Source of the DNA: a virus | Taxonomy: Duplodnaviria > Caudoviricetes | Length of the DNA: 64,000 bases | Reading direction: 5' to 3' (one strand) | Virus record (IMG/VR): IMGVR_UViG_3300021603_000005 | Span: 1 to 64,000 of that record | Program-made: the position numbers and the translations under genes | The notes under the pieces: model-generated | What the model was told of the DNA's origin: nothing | Seen by the model: the letters and a program-made list of their open reading frames with translations, nothing else | Database searches by the model: none | Part shown: positions 27,802 through 37,754 of the stretch, one piece after another | Layout of the letters: each line of letters opens with the position of its first letter | Numbering within the stretch: position 1 is the first letter of the stretch

Positions 27802-28665
27802 GATAGACAGTATAATGAAAGAAAAAACCAACACAACCAAACACCTTCATGATGTTAGGCGTCAACTCTGGAAGAAGTATAGAAACGAACTGATGGATAT
27901 GGCAGAGGAGGTTAGTTGCACTCTAAATAGGCGACTAAATAACACAGATGACAGCAGTGTGGTTCTAAACTGGTTGCTTCAGGCATGGACATGTGACATG
28001 GGTATCACGGGTGGTATGGTGATTAACGCCGGAAAAACAAAGGCTAAAACAAAATGAGACAGTGGATTTGCTAGATACGAATACAAATGGCATCATATCC
28101 CGTCTGGCAAAAGTGGCACTTCTATCTTATGGACATATATACTGAGGGATGCCATTAGGTTGATAAACTTCTGGAGCAGGGGTGACTGGGAATACTCGTT
28201 GTCAAATTAAAGAAAGGATGGGGTATGATACTCAACGCAATTGAACTGGTTAGTATTTTTGTTTTTCTATTTTATGGTTCGCCAACTCTTATAAATGCCG
28301 TAAGAGGAAATCGAATAGATTGGAGGGCGTTTTTCAAAGTATCTCTAGCGGCTACCGCATTCATTGCCTGTAGGTTCTATTTTAGGTAATTCTTTCGATT
28401 ATTCGTTTTTCACGGCTGCGTTTGAATAATAGAGGGTGACAAAATGGAAAAACCATCTCAAAGACAAGCTAAGAAATAAAAGAGGATTATATGATAGGAT
28501 TCAAGAGCTATTCAGGAACAGCGCCTGGCAGATCGGCGTTTACGGAATGGCGTTTTCAGATGGGTCTAAGGTTTGTTATGATTGCCGAAGCTGTCACCAC
28601 CTTAGCAACGCTTGGTTACTGGAGACCCGATTGGGTATTCGCTTGTTGTATAAGGAGGTTATTAA

Positions 28666-29172
28666 ATGACGACAAATGACTACATAAAATTACTGAAGGC
28701 AGAAGGTTTTGAGAAGATATTAGAGGAAGAGTTCGTTGGAAACGACGACTGTAAAGAAAAATTCTTCATATATTTCCACGATGACGGTATATTTATAAGT
28801 TTTGATACATATGGTATTCACATGGTTAATGGCGCGAAAATGGTTTTCAACTGGAAACCCAAAAGTCTATCTGCAATAAATGACATATGCGGAAGCGGAC
28901 ATTTTACCACAATAAAAAATGGTAAAAAGGTATGGGTAGGAAGCGATGATGTTCAGCATAACCTGTCTCATAAACTAAAAAAGTGGAGACGAAGTGGTAG
29001 GTTTATAGACTGGTTCGAGTGTCCGAATATGTGGTGGGTAAACTACACAGAATCAAAGCTACCAACCAGGGAACTGTATCTCGCAATGTTTAAGAGGTTT
29101 CGTCAACTTCCACAGCACATACAGCGAGACTTCTACTTGATCGGCGATTATCTAGAATATGGAGCAAATTGA
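28666..29172 (+). CDS. hypothetical protein
   Basis: AAGGAGG RBS. Confidence 0.7.
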   Translation: MTTNDYIKLLKAEGFEKILEEEFVGNDDCKEKFFIYFHDDGIFISFDTYGIHMVNGAKMVFNWKPKSLSAINDICGSGHFTTIKNGKKVWVGSDDVQHNLSHKLKKWRRSGRFIDWFECPNMWWVNYTESKLPTRELYLAMFKRFRQLPQHIQRDFYLIGDYLEYGAN

Positions 29173-29306
29173 TGTATACGACAATATTCTCGGATGGATC
29201 TAAACTAAGACTTGAACCAGATGACGTTACCGAAAATGGAATGCTTGATCAGCTACCAAAACAATACCGTGACGAATTCGTGAACAACAAAAGGCATGTT
29301 GCCTAG
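29172..29306 (+). pseudogene. internally deleted paralog of 26009-26635
   Basis: MYTTIFSDGSKLRLEPDD-VTENGMLDQLP matches the N- and C-termini of the 208-aa protein. Confidence 0.5.
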
Positions 29307-29464
29307 AGATTCGCGGTTAAATACTGGGAGAGAGTAGTATGTGCAATATAAAGGGTATGATTAGAGAGTTACAAAGCTTAGACAAAAAGATGGTTGGACA
29401 AGACAATTCCGATATTTCTCCAACGAATTTGTGTTGAGTTTTAACCTTAAAAGAGGAGAACTAT

Positions 29465-30175
29465 ATGTGTGTCATTGTTGTGAGGCCCCCAGGAATTAAT
29501 ATACAAAGCAGTATATTACGACTCTGTTTTGATGCGAACGACGATGGGGCTGGATTTATGTATGCGCTCAACAAAAGGTTATATATTGAAAAGGGATTTT
29601 TCACATTCGCCAATTTCATGAATGCCTATGCCAGAGTTCCCGACAACGTTCTCTGTGTATTGCATTTTAGGCTAGCCACATCTGGACTACATGATTGGAA
29701 TAATTGTCATCCCCATAAAATCAATAGGGGATTGGCTTTTGTACATAACGGCATCATACAAACATCATCAATCCGAAACAGAACTGACAGCGATACTGTG
29801 TGGTTTAACAAAGAAGTACTCCAGAAAATGCCATCAAATTTTCACATGAGACACGACATTGTTCGGGCAATAGAGGGAATGATTGGTCCATACAACAAGC
29901 TAGTTGTCCTGGACAGGTTTGGTCAAATAACGTTTTTTAACACAGATGGATTTGACGAATACATGGGATGTTGGTTCTCAAATTTCCACTGGCGTAGACC
30001 TTTGTTTGAATCTACGGGCCATAGAAAACTGTGGTGTCCAAGCTGTTTGAGTGAATATAGTTGTCGCGCAGAGGATTTCAATATTATGCAGGTTTGCAAC
30101 TGTGGAAGCCCATTAGAGAAAATCGGAAACGAATACGCTTATGAGGGAGACTATGAGTACCAGCGAATGTTCTGA
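29465..30175 (+). CDS. class II glutamine amidotransferase
   Basis: N-terminal MC, NDDGAG, HFRLAT, CHP, HNG, DSDT. Confidence 0.9.
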   Translation: MCVIVVRPPGINIQSSILRLCFDANDDGAGFMYALNKRLYIEKGFFTFANFMNAYARVPDNVLCVLHFRLATSGLHDWNNCHPHKINRGLAFVHNGIIQTSSIRNRTDSDTVWFNKEVLQKMPSNFHMRHDIVRAIEGMIGPYNKLVVLDRFGQITFFNTDGFDEYMGCWFSNFHWRRPLFESTGHRKLWCPSCLSEYSCRAEDFNIMQVCNCGSPLEKIGNEYAYEGDYEYQRMF

Positions 30176-31382
30176 GTGCGGAAAGGTGGTATCATCGCTA
30201 TTTACAGAATGTGGCCTAGAGAATGTGTGTATTGATTGTTTAACTGTAGACCATTTTCAGTGCCATGGTTGCGATGGGTTTTTCAAAGACGAAGATTGCG
30301 TTACCGATAGAAATGGTAATCAATATTGTGAAGATTGTTATAAACAAAACTTCGTGCAATGCTATTGGTGCGATAAAGAACTTGACCGCAACGATGCATG
30401 GGAAGACCCTGACGGCGATCCGGCATGCGAAAGTTGTCGAGATCGTAGATATACCCTTTGTTCTGGTTGTGGTGACTGGATACACCTAGATCACACAAAT
30501 GTAAGCGAATACGGAGATGTCTTCTGTCGTGATTGCTATGGCGAGAGATATATTTCGTGCGAGTCGTGTGGCTGTGAAATAAGCACAGACGATGTTTGTG
30601 ACGATGGATTGTGTTCTGGGTGTTATGAATCTCAAAACAATGGTATACACTCCTACTCGTATAAACCAAGACCGGTGTTCTTCAAATGTCCAGGAGAAAA
30701 GACGAATCGATTCTTCGGCGTTGAATTGGAGATAGAAAACGTAGATGGCGGCGATGAGCATAAAGAGGCGTTATGCGGTCTAGAACATTTCATCTACTAC
30801 AAACATGATGGAAGTTTAGACGCTGGATTCGAGGTGGTAACACATCCGTTCACATGGAAATGGATGCAAAAAAATCGCGATAGACTTGACCCAATATTCA
30901 ATCTTAAAAAGTATGGATACCGTAGTTGGAATACCGATACATGTGGGATGCATGTACATGTAACAAAGCGAAGTATTTCTAACTTAACTCTATATAGACT
31001 GCTAAAACTATTTACCAACCATCCATCGTGGATACTTGCAGTAAGCAGAAGGACAAGATCCAATCTAGATAATTGGGCAGCGATAGAATTTGATAGTCCA
31101 TTATCGAGTATAGCCAGGAGGAAAAATGACTCTGGCAACAGACACAGGGCTATTAATTTGTGCCCAGAAGATACGATAGAGTTCAGAATATTTCGTGGCA
31201 CACTGAACAAAGAATCGTTCATGGCAAACCTGGAATTTGTTCACACTGTCCTAGAATACTGCGAGCAGGCCAGTTATAAGGATGTGTGTCCTAATGGATA
31301 TATCGAATTTATAGGGAAAAAGAAAAAGAAACAAATGGCAACAGTACTGTGTGGTAATTGCGATGAAGATGAAGACGAATAG
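30153..31382 (+). CDS. amidoligase (COOH-NH2 ligase) with tandem CxxC repeats
   Basis: FGVELEIE, HDGSL, FEVVTHP, CGMHVH, IEFRIFRGT. Confidence 0.88.
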   Translation: MSTSECSECGKVVSSLFTECGLENVCIDCLTVDHFQCHGCDGFFKDEDCVTDRNGNQYCEDCYKQNFVQCYWCDKELDRNDAWEDPDGDPACESCRDRRYTLCSGCGDWIHLDHTNVSEYGDVFCRDCYGERYISCESCGCEISTDDVCDDGLCSGCYESQNNGIHSYSYKPRPVFFKCPGEKTNRFFGVELEIENVDGGDEHKEALCGLEHFIYYKHDGSLDAGFEVVTHPFTWKWMQKNRDRLDPIFNLKKYGYRSWNTDTCGMHVHVTKRSISNLTLYRLLKLFTNHPSWILAVSRRTRSNLDNWAAIEFDSPLSSIARRKNDSGNRHRAINLCPEDTIEFRIFRGTLNKESFMANLEFVHTVLEYCEQASYKDVCPNGYIEFIGKKKKKQMATVLCGNCDEDEDE

Positions 31383-31926
31383 GCTAATAGTTGTAGATCT
31401 TGAAGCAACATGTATCGAGAACCAACCTGTCGATTTTGTACAGGAGATAATCCAGATAGGCATTGCCGTATACAATACCAAGATCGGCAAGACGGAAAAC
31501 TCTATGGGGTTTTTGGTCAGGCCAAGCAATGTTGACATCAGCGAGTTCTGTACGAATTTAACTGGCATAACACGCAAGATGTTGGTGGACAAAGGCCATC
31601 CATTGCATGAAGTGCTGAACACCATCAAGAAAACGTATCCAATAAGGGCAAGGCCATGGTGTTCCTGGGGAATGTATGATAGGATTCAGCTTCAGTCTGA
31701 GTGTTCGGAGAAACAAATACCATACCCATTTAGCGAGAATCATTTTGACTTGAAAAGCATTTACGCAATATCTCGTGGCCTGTCGAATGGTATCGGATTA
31801 CAGAAGGCTATTGAGATGGAGGGCATGACCTTTGATGGAACGCCACACTCTGCAATGTGGGACGCCTTCAATACCGCTAAATTGGCCGGAACAATTTTTG
31901 GGAAAAATAATGGACAGCATATATAG
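31363..31926 (+). CDS. DEDDh 3'-5' exonuclease (KapD/ERI-1-like)
   Basis: VDLEATC, SWGMYD, HSAMWDA. Confidence 0.9.
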   Translation: MKMKTNRLIVVDLEATCIENQPVDFVQEIIQIGIAVYNTKIGKTENSMGFLVRPSNVDISEFCTNLTGITRKMLVDKGHPLHEVLNTIKKTYPIRARPWCSWGMYDRIQLQSECSEKQIPYPFSENHFDLKSIYAISRGLSNGIGLQKAIEMEGMTFDGTPHSAMWDAFNTAKLAGTIFGKNNGQHI

Positions 31927-32347
31927 CTCAATACAGCAACCGTACTGCTCAATGATCATTGTTGTGTCCGCAATCCTATGCGGTGTTGTCATTGGCTTTG
32001 AGCGAGAACATATGGACAAACCGGCTGGTATCAAGACAATAAGCCTGATCTGTTTGGGAAGCGCGGTTTTTACAGTCGTATCTATCTTGCTGTCAGAAGG
32101 GTATCCATCAGACCGCGCAAGGATAGCAGCACAGGTGGTTACAGGGGTCGGCTTTTTAGGTGCTGGTGCGATTATCAGGGACAACGGAACTGTCGTTGGA
32201 CTAACAACTGGAGCTACGATATGGGTTGCTTCTGCAATTGGAGTTATGGTTGGCGCTGGATATGTTCTATATGGCGTCTTTGTTTCACTAATCATTGTCG
32301 TCCTGCTAACCGTTCTGAGAAAACTGGAGCAAATATGGGGGAAGTAA
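31910..32347 (+). CDS. MgtC/SapB family membrane protein
   Basis: IGFERE...AGIKT...RIAAQVVTGVGFLGAG...GLTTGATIW. Confidence 0.92.
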   Translation: MDSIYSSIQQPYCSMIIVVSAILCGVVIGFEREHMDKPAGIKTISLICLGSAVFTVVSILLSEGYPSDRARIAAQVVTGVGFLGAGAIIRDNGTVVGLTTGATIWVASAIGVMVGAGYVLYGVFVSLIIVVLLTVLRKLEQIWGK

Positions 32348-32552
32348 TACAAGAAGAATCTATGTATCGTGGGGGGCGGATCATTGATTATTTATCGTAT
32401 AGCGACGAAGAATTAGCCCTGGCTAGAACTACCACAGCGATGGCGCTGGCGTATGTCAAGGGGCGTGGGCCGTCATTTGGCATAGTTGCCAACCAACTAC
32501 GACGAGACCTTGAAATGTTGGACGGTTTTATTAGAAGCAGAAAGGCAGTATA

Positions 32553-32765
32553 GTGCCAAAATTCTACGTTAGAACTGGCGATATAAGAAGAGTTATAGTC
32601 GCCGACAATCCAGTCAATGCAGCGGTATGCTCCATCATATTAGAAGGGAAAGATGGTCGCAAGCCAAAGTTAGGAAGGACTATACTTGTCAGTGAGCGCG
32701 GATTCGATATCCATGAAAGCGACGTTCTGTTGAATACTAGCTTCGTCGTCAATCTATTAAAATAG
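32553..32765 (+). CDS. hypothetical protein
   Basis: Coupled; MPKFYV...VSERGF. Confidence 0.6.
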   Translation: MPKFYVRTGDIRRVIVADNPVNAAVCSIILEGKDGRKPKLGRTILVSERGFDIHESDVLLNTSFVVNLLK

Positions 32766-32948
32766 CGTACCCCAGATCTGTTCGAACGGGCACGGAGGCT
32801 GATCTTCGCAATCGGTTACGAGCGCCATCCACCAATTACAGTCTTGGTACGCATTGGCCGCTTCCCAGGCGCTGTAATCACATCCAAAGTTGCAGCACAA
32901 ACCGAGCAAACAAACAGCAAATAGTATGATCGCAAATGCGTTTTTCAT
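32757..32948 (-). CDS. small secreted/lipoprotein-like protein
   Basis: GAGG RBS on the minus strand; signal peptide with Cys; fills the gap between + genes. Confidence 0.6.
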   Translation of the reverse strand: MKNAFAIILFAVCLLGLCCNFGCDYSAWEAANAYQDCNWWMALVTDCEDQPPCPFEQIWGTLF

Positions 32949-32988
32949 GTGACACCTCTCTCTGTAGTTTTATACACGGAGAAAACAA

Positions 32989-33213
32989 ATGGATATAAAC
33001 GAAGCAGTTGAAGTATATAATGATCTAATGTACCTACACGACAATGGCGTATGGAAAGACGGGGTATATCCAGCATGGGTCAGTGAGCGATATAGGTTGT
33101 TGTTAGACATGAGAGTCGGTTCGTCTCAAATTTCCTATGCTGCCATGGAGGAAGTCGCTAGGACATTTCATCGGACCCTGGTAGAGTGTGGCATCATAAA
33201 ACCGGAGGCGTAA
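32989..33213 (+). CDS. hypothetical protein
   Basis: GGAG RBS. Confidence 0.6.
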   Translation: MDINEAVEVYNDLMYLHDNGVWKDGVYPAWVSERYRLLLDMRVGSSQISYAAMEEVARTFHRTLVECGIIKPEA

Positions 33214-33214
33214 T

Positions 33215-33886
33215 ATGGGAAACATTCTGCTTGATTTAGATATGGATTATTTCAACCATCTAGAAGATCCTGTTAGTGTGCTGTCGAGTTTACTATCTCG
33301 TGTCCCCGGAAATATTCCAGCCGAAATTGTTCTTGAACACCAAACAATCATTCCATATGTTTGCAAGTGGATAAGATGTAAAGCGATGCCAATTCCTTTT
33401 AAGTGGATGCACGTCGACCAACATCATGACTTTTATAGATCCAAGAAACGACCAGTCGATTGCGGTAACTTTGGATATTTCATGCCAGTCAAATACTATA
33501 GAGAATTTGTCTGGGTGTCACAGAGCGACGGCGAAAGAGTCTGTAATGATTGGGACACTATGGCTGCGCCATGGATGCAGGATCGTGGAATCCGTGTTAA
33601 CGAATGTTATCATCCAATCAAGATCAGTAAGGACGATAGAGTTGTTGGCATGGTTGTAGCCATATCACCAGATTATGTAGAGTACGACGAACTAATCCTT
33701 GTAGATATGCTAATCATGATCAAAGAGCATTTCAATTTGAAGTCTATCCCGCTACCAAAAAAGAGGAAAAGGGGTGACGAACACTTTGAAGAACGAAAAT
33801 GGATATGTTCATGGCATCGACATGCATCCAAACAAGTTTATGAGTGGAGGAAAATGTTGCAAAACCATATTTTTGGACTAGAATGA
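33215..33886 (+). CDS. UPF0489-like (arginase/deacetylase fold) protein
   Basis: LDLDMDYF, HVDQHHD, DCGNF, ISPDY. Confidence 0.65.
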   Translation: MGNILLDLDMDYFNHLEDPVSVLSSLLSRVPGNIPAEIVLEHQTIIPYVCKWIRCKAMPIPFKWMHVDQHHDFYRSKKRPVDCGNFGYFMPVKYYREFVWVSQSDGERVCNDWDTMAAPWMQDRGIRVNECYHPIKISKDDRVVGMVVAISPDYVEYDELILVDMLIMIKEHFNLKSIPLPKKRKRGDEHFEERKWICSWHRHASKQVYEWRKMLQNHIFGLE

Positions 33887-33899
33887 CAACAGGGGTAAT

Positions 33900-34379
33900 A
33901 TGTTAAACGCAAAATCAGACAACGTTGGCATCTGTGATGCAAGAGTAGTATCGGATAAATTGCCAGACGGAAGAATAACATGTCTGCGACAAAGCGATGC
34001 CGAGGATTGCATGCGTGGAGTATGTGTCTCGTGTGGCCAAGAATTACAGTTTGAGAAGCCAAAGTTCGAGACAGTTGTGGATGTCGCATGTTCTTTTCAA
34101 TGCGCAAAAAGCGCCGGGTTGTACAGGGAATGGATTGAACCAGAACCAGAGCCAGAACAGCCGGTCGTAGTGATAGAGGTATGCGAAAAGTGCGGTGGGC
34201 GTAAGTATGGCGATGTATACTTACATAAGAGAAATTGTCCTCTCAAAATAAAAAGGGTGCGCGAACAAAGACCAAACTGTTCTGTGTGTGGAGGAAAACC
34301 ATTTAAGAGAGGGTGGAAACACACAAAAGAATGTGTCAATAACTCTAGAAACAGGAGAAAGAAATGCAAGACAAGGTAA
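33900..34379 (+). CDS. Cys-rich zinc-finger protein
   Basis: Multiple CxxC and H-x3-C motifs. Confidence 0.6.
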   Translation: MLNAKSDNVGICDARVVSDKLPDGRITCLRQSDAEDCMRGVCVSCGQELQFEKPKFETVVDVACSFQCAKSAGLYREWIEPEPEPEQPVVVIEVCEKCGGRKYGDVYLHKRNCPLKIKRVREQRPNCSVCGGKPFKRGWKHTKECVNNSRNRRKKCKTR

Positions 34380-34582
34380 TTGGACACGTCTATACTCCGT
34401 CTAGTAATATAGTAATAATTCCGATAGAGGAGGTGGCAAAAATTGCCCAACAACTTGGGTGTAATACCTACTGGCTGCTAAATAAGCATGGCGGGCTTGA
34501 TGTGCAGATCCACGCTCGTACTAGTGTGCAAATAGCACACGCTGGTAATGGCGTACTCGTCACAAGAAGGGAGACGAAGTAA
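34364..34582 (+). CDS. hypothetical protein
   Basis: AGGAG RBS. Confidence 0.55.
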   Translation: MQDKVIGHVYTPSSNIVIIPIEEVAKIAQQLGCNTYWLLNKHGGLDVQIHARTSVQIAHAGNGVLVTRRETK

Positions 34583-35004
34583 TGTCCATGGAAACAATTG
34601 TCGATATAATAACCAAGATAAAACAATATGGTATTGCAAATTGCGAATTGGTTCGTTCTAATCATAACATGTTTCGTCTAGCCATGGGAGATACCGAGTT
34701 TGTTGTTCGAATAACTGCCGAGCGCATTAATGTAATGGATGCAAACAGTCATAATCTATTCTGGGTCCGACGAACTATTCCCACTAGCTTCAATATAACT
34801 AAAGTCGCAGAAGGAATAATCGATGTATATAGGAATAAAGAGAGGGGTAAATGCGACGAGTCGATTAGAGAAGGGCTGTCTGAGATAAGAAAAAAGTGGC
34901 CATTCTCAATCAAGGTATCTAACCATGTCGCAAATGTGTTTGACCTTAACCTTTCTGGAATGACAACGAAGGATCTAATCGATGTTATCGAACGAATGCG
35001 GTAA
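34582..35004 (+). CDS. hypothetical protein
   Basis: TAATG coupling. Confidence 0.65.
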   Translation: MSMETIVDIITKIKQYGIANCELVRSNHNMFRLAMGDTEFVVRITAERINVMDANSHNLFWVRRTIPTSFNITKVAEGIIDVYRNKERGKCDESIREGLSEIRKKWPFSIKVSNHVANVFDLNLSGMTTKDLIDVIERMR

Positions 35005-35164
35005 GGTATCCAAAGTTGTGTACGGCATAGACAAAACAATATCTATCATAACAACACTGGTTCATGCGCATGCAATCTTCAAGGTAGTCCCGTTGTCTGA
35101 CGATGATTTCAGAATAGAAAGCGATATCGAACACGGCAAGTTAATTAACAAAGGATGAAGAACA

Positions 35165-35401
35165 ATGTGTGTACCATCTAACCAAGCAAATTGCCAGCAA
35201 CCGTTTACAGTGGAAGAAATTAATGCGCAAGATAGAACAGTGCGGATTACTATCAGGGGAGACTGTCTAGGAACCATTGCCAATCATCTCAAAAAGTGTC
35301 CACAAAATCGGAAGTCCCACAAGGTAGCTGTTAGAATGGGATATGAATTGGAGATGGCTGGCAACACAATATTCCCACGAGAAATACGAAAATGTCAGTA
35401 G
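35165..35401 (+). CDS. hypothetical protein, paralog of 13943-14212
   Basis: Shared motifs with the paralog. Confidence 0.75.
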   Translation: MCVPSNQANCQQPFTVEEINAQDRTVRITIRGDCLGTIANHLKKCPQNRKSHKVAVRMGYELEMAGNTIFPREIRKCQ

Positions 35402-35592
35402 ATCAATGTGAGTTTCCATACTGTCGCAACGACGCCATTTACAACTATATAGGCGTATGTATTTGCCATAAACATTGGGCCGAAATAGCAGATTGCAATT
35501 CCCCAGAGAACGAGTCTAAAATTCTTGCCAAAATAGGGCTGATGAGAAATGAAAATGGCTCTGTGGTAGAGCGTCATCCGCATAAGGAGTAG
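35392..35592 (+). CDS. small Cys/His protein
   Basis: CEFPYC...CHKH. Confidence 0.55.
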   Translation: MSVDQCEFPYCRNDAIYNYIGVCICHKHWAEIADCNSPENESKILAKIGLMRNENGSVVERHPHKE

Positions 35593-35599
35593 AGGAGAA

Positions 35600-35830
35600 A
35601 TGGCAAGGCCAACAATACAACATATAGCACAGAGGTTAAGGCGCATACTAGACCAAATGGATCTAGATAGCGACGGACTAATCAATCGAAAGGTTGTTCG
35701 TGGAAGTGTAAATGAAGTAGACATGTTATTGGATAACCTAGAACTAGTGGTGAAATACTTACAGTTTGATTCTTCGTCTACCAAAAAAGAAATACACGAG
35801 TTTATGAATAAGAAGCACGAAACGAAATGA
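35600..35830 (+). CDS. hypothetical protein
   Basis: GAGGAG RBS. Confidence 0.65.
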   Translation: MARPTIQHIAQRLRRILDQMDLDSDGLINRKVVRGSVNEVDMLLDNLELVVKYLQFDSSSTKKEIHEFMNKKHETK

Positions 35831-35831
35831 G

Positions 35832-36191
35832 GTGAATATGAAACTGGCATTACTTCCTCTAACGGGAGAAAGCGAAGTTTGTATTATCAACTGCGACAAA
35901 TGGCAACATGGCTGTCAGGAATTCATATTGGCGCTAAGGGGTGTTATAAAGGAATGGGTTGAGACCACCGACGAGGGCAAAACTGCTCTTGCCATGCACT
36001 ACAATATTATCGCAATCAAGGATATGTCAAAGTATGTACCGAACTGTTTTGTTGTTGGAAATTCTTTGGGGAAAATAATGGCGGAACATTCTGTCCCTAG
36101 ATTTGATATCGTAACCGCCAAAATCAACAAGGAAATGGATGATAACGGGGTTAGTGGAACAACTAGTCTATATAAAGGGCGAATAGGATGA
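35832..36191 (+). CDS. hypothetical protein
   Basis: Coupled ORF. Confidence 0.6.
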   Translation: MNMKLALLPLTGESEVCIINCDKWQHGCQEFILALRGVIKEWVETTDEGKTALAMHYNIIAIKDMSKYVPNCFVVGNSLGKIMAEHSVPRFDIVTAKINKEMDDNGVSGTTSLYKGRIG

Positions 36192-37753
36192 GCAATTTCG
36201 TCGAGAATGTTACCGACTATGTTTTATCTGGACATGCAATGCTGTCCGTTGTCACACACGAGGACGATAGGGCTATAAACGATCTTGCAACTGTAGCCAA
36301 GAATAGCAATAGGGAATTGTTCGTATGGACAATCGCTAGTGGCTGGAAAAAATCTAGCGGAGAACAAGCAGTTCCGTGCAATGGCATGCCAGATCCAATG
36401 AATGCGGTGCAGGAGATAGACAAGCTTCCGCCCAAATCCATGTGTGTAATGAAGGATTTCGGGGTCTACCTCAACCAAAGTACATTCCCACAAGCAGATG
36501 TTGTCATTGGATGGTTGAAAGAAATTAGGCCATTGCTATATTGTCATCAAAGAACAATCATCTTTCTTGGCCCAGACTTGTATATACCGATACAGCTTAA
36601 ACAAGAGATTACGCAAACAGACTTCGGCCTTCCAGATACCACCCAAATCGAGCACCAAATTAAGTATGTGTGCGATAGCGTTGAATCTAAGGATGGCAAG
36701 GGTTTGGCGGTGGACAAGTCGGTGATGTCAGATGTTGTTAATGCGTGCAAGGGTATGACACAGCAGCAGACAATAGATAGGGCATCGCTTGCCATAAGGA
36801 AAAACAAAGGATTAACACCAGAATCTGTCAAGATAATATTGCATGAAAAGGCTGGTGTAATTAGATCGTCTGGGATATTATCCTACATAGAACCACCAGC
36901 GGGAGGACTTGGTATAGTTGGTGGACTTGAGGTTTTGAAGAATCATATATTGATGGACAAGCCGTGTTTTACAGAAGAGGCCAGGGCATTTGGCATAGAA
37001 TACCCAAAGGGTGTGCTGTTAGTCGGAATCCCAGGATGTGGAAAGACACTGATCAGCACAGCAATTGCTAGCGAATTCGGCTCTCCACTCATTCAGATGG
37101 ATGTTGGCAACATAATGGACAAATACGTTGGCGAGTCTGAGTCGAACATGAGAGAGGCTATTAAGATACTTGAGTCCGTAGCGCCATGCGTATTACAGCT
37201 AGACGAAATAGAGAAGGGGTTCGGCGGCGCTGGAGATCTAGATGGAGGTGCGTCTAAGAGAGTGTTCGGATCGTTCATTAAGTGGTTGAATGACAAAACA
37301 TCCCCAGTGTATATTGTTGCAACAGCTAATCAGGTTGAGTCATTGCCGCCAGAGTTCGCAAGAAAGGGTCGGTTCGATGAGATCTTTGGAGTAGATTTAC
37401 CAAGCGTCGACGAACGGTCGGAGATCGTTAGTATTCATTTGCGCAAACGGAACAGAAATCCAGACAACTTTGATGTGCGAAGAATAGCAGAGGCAACAGA
37501 AAACTTTACTGGATCTGATATAGAGCAGGCGATTAAGGTCGGCCTTAAGATGGCCTTCGCTAACAAATCAGAGTTAACGACAGATTTTTGTTTGCTTGGA
37601 GTCAGTAGTATTGTTCCGCTATTTAAGATGGAGCCACACAGAATAGAAAAGATTAGGGAGTGGTGCGATGCTCGCGCAAAAAGGGCCAACGCAATCGCAA
37701 CACCAATGACGAAATCAGCAAGACGGAAAATAACAGTGAGCAACGGAGAATAA
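36188..37753 (+). CDS. Ycf46-type AAA+ ATPase
   Basis: GIPGCGKT Walker A, LDEIEKG Walker B, ATAN, RKGRFDE; inactive N-terminal AAA-like domain. Confidence 0.9.
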   Translation: MSNFVENVTDYVLSGHAMLSVVTHEDDRAINDLATVAKNSNRELFVWTIASGWKKSSGEQAVPCNGMPDPMNAVQEIDKLPPKSMCVMKDFGVYLNQSTFPQADVVIGWLKEIRPLLYCHQRTIIFLGPDLYIPIQLKQEITQTDFGLPDTTQIEHQIKYVCDSVESKDGKGLAVDKSVMSDVVNACKGMTQQQTIDRASLAIRKNKGLTPESVKIILHEKAGVIRSSGILSYIEPPAGGLGIVGGLEVLKNHILMDKPCFTEEARAFGIEYPKGVLLVGIPGCGKTLISTAIASEFGSPLIQMDVGNIMDKYVGESESNMREAIKILESVAPCVLQLDEIEKGFGGAGDLDGGASKRVFGSFIKWLNDKTSPVYIVATANQVESLPPEFARKGRFDEIFGVDLPSVDERSEIVSIHLRKRNRNPDNFDVRRIAEATENFTGSDIEQAIKVGLKMAFANKSELTTDFCLLGVSSIVPLFKMEPHRIEKIREWCDARAKRANAIATPMTKSARRKITVSNGE

Positions 37754-37754
37754 G

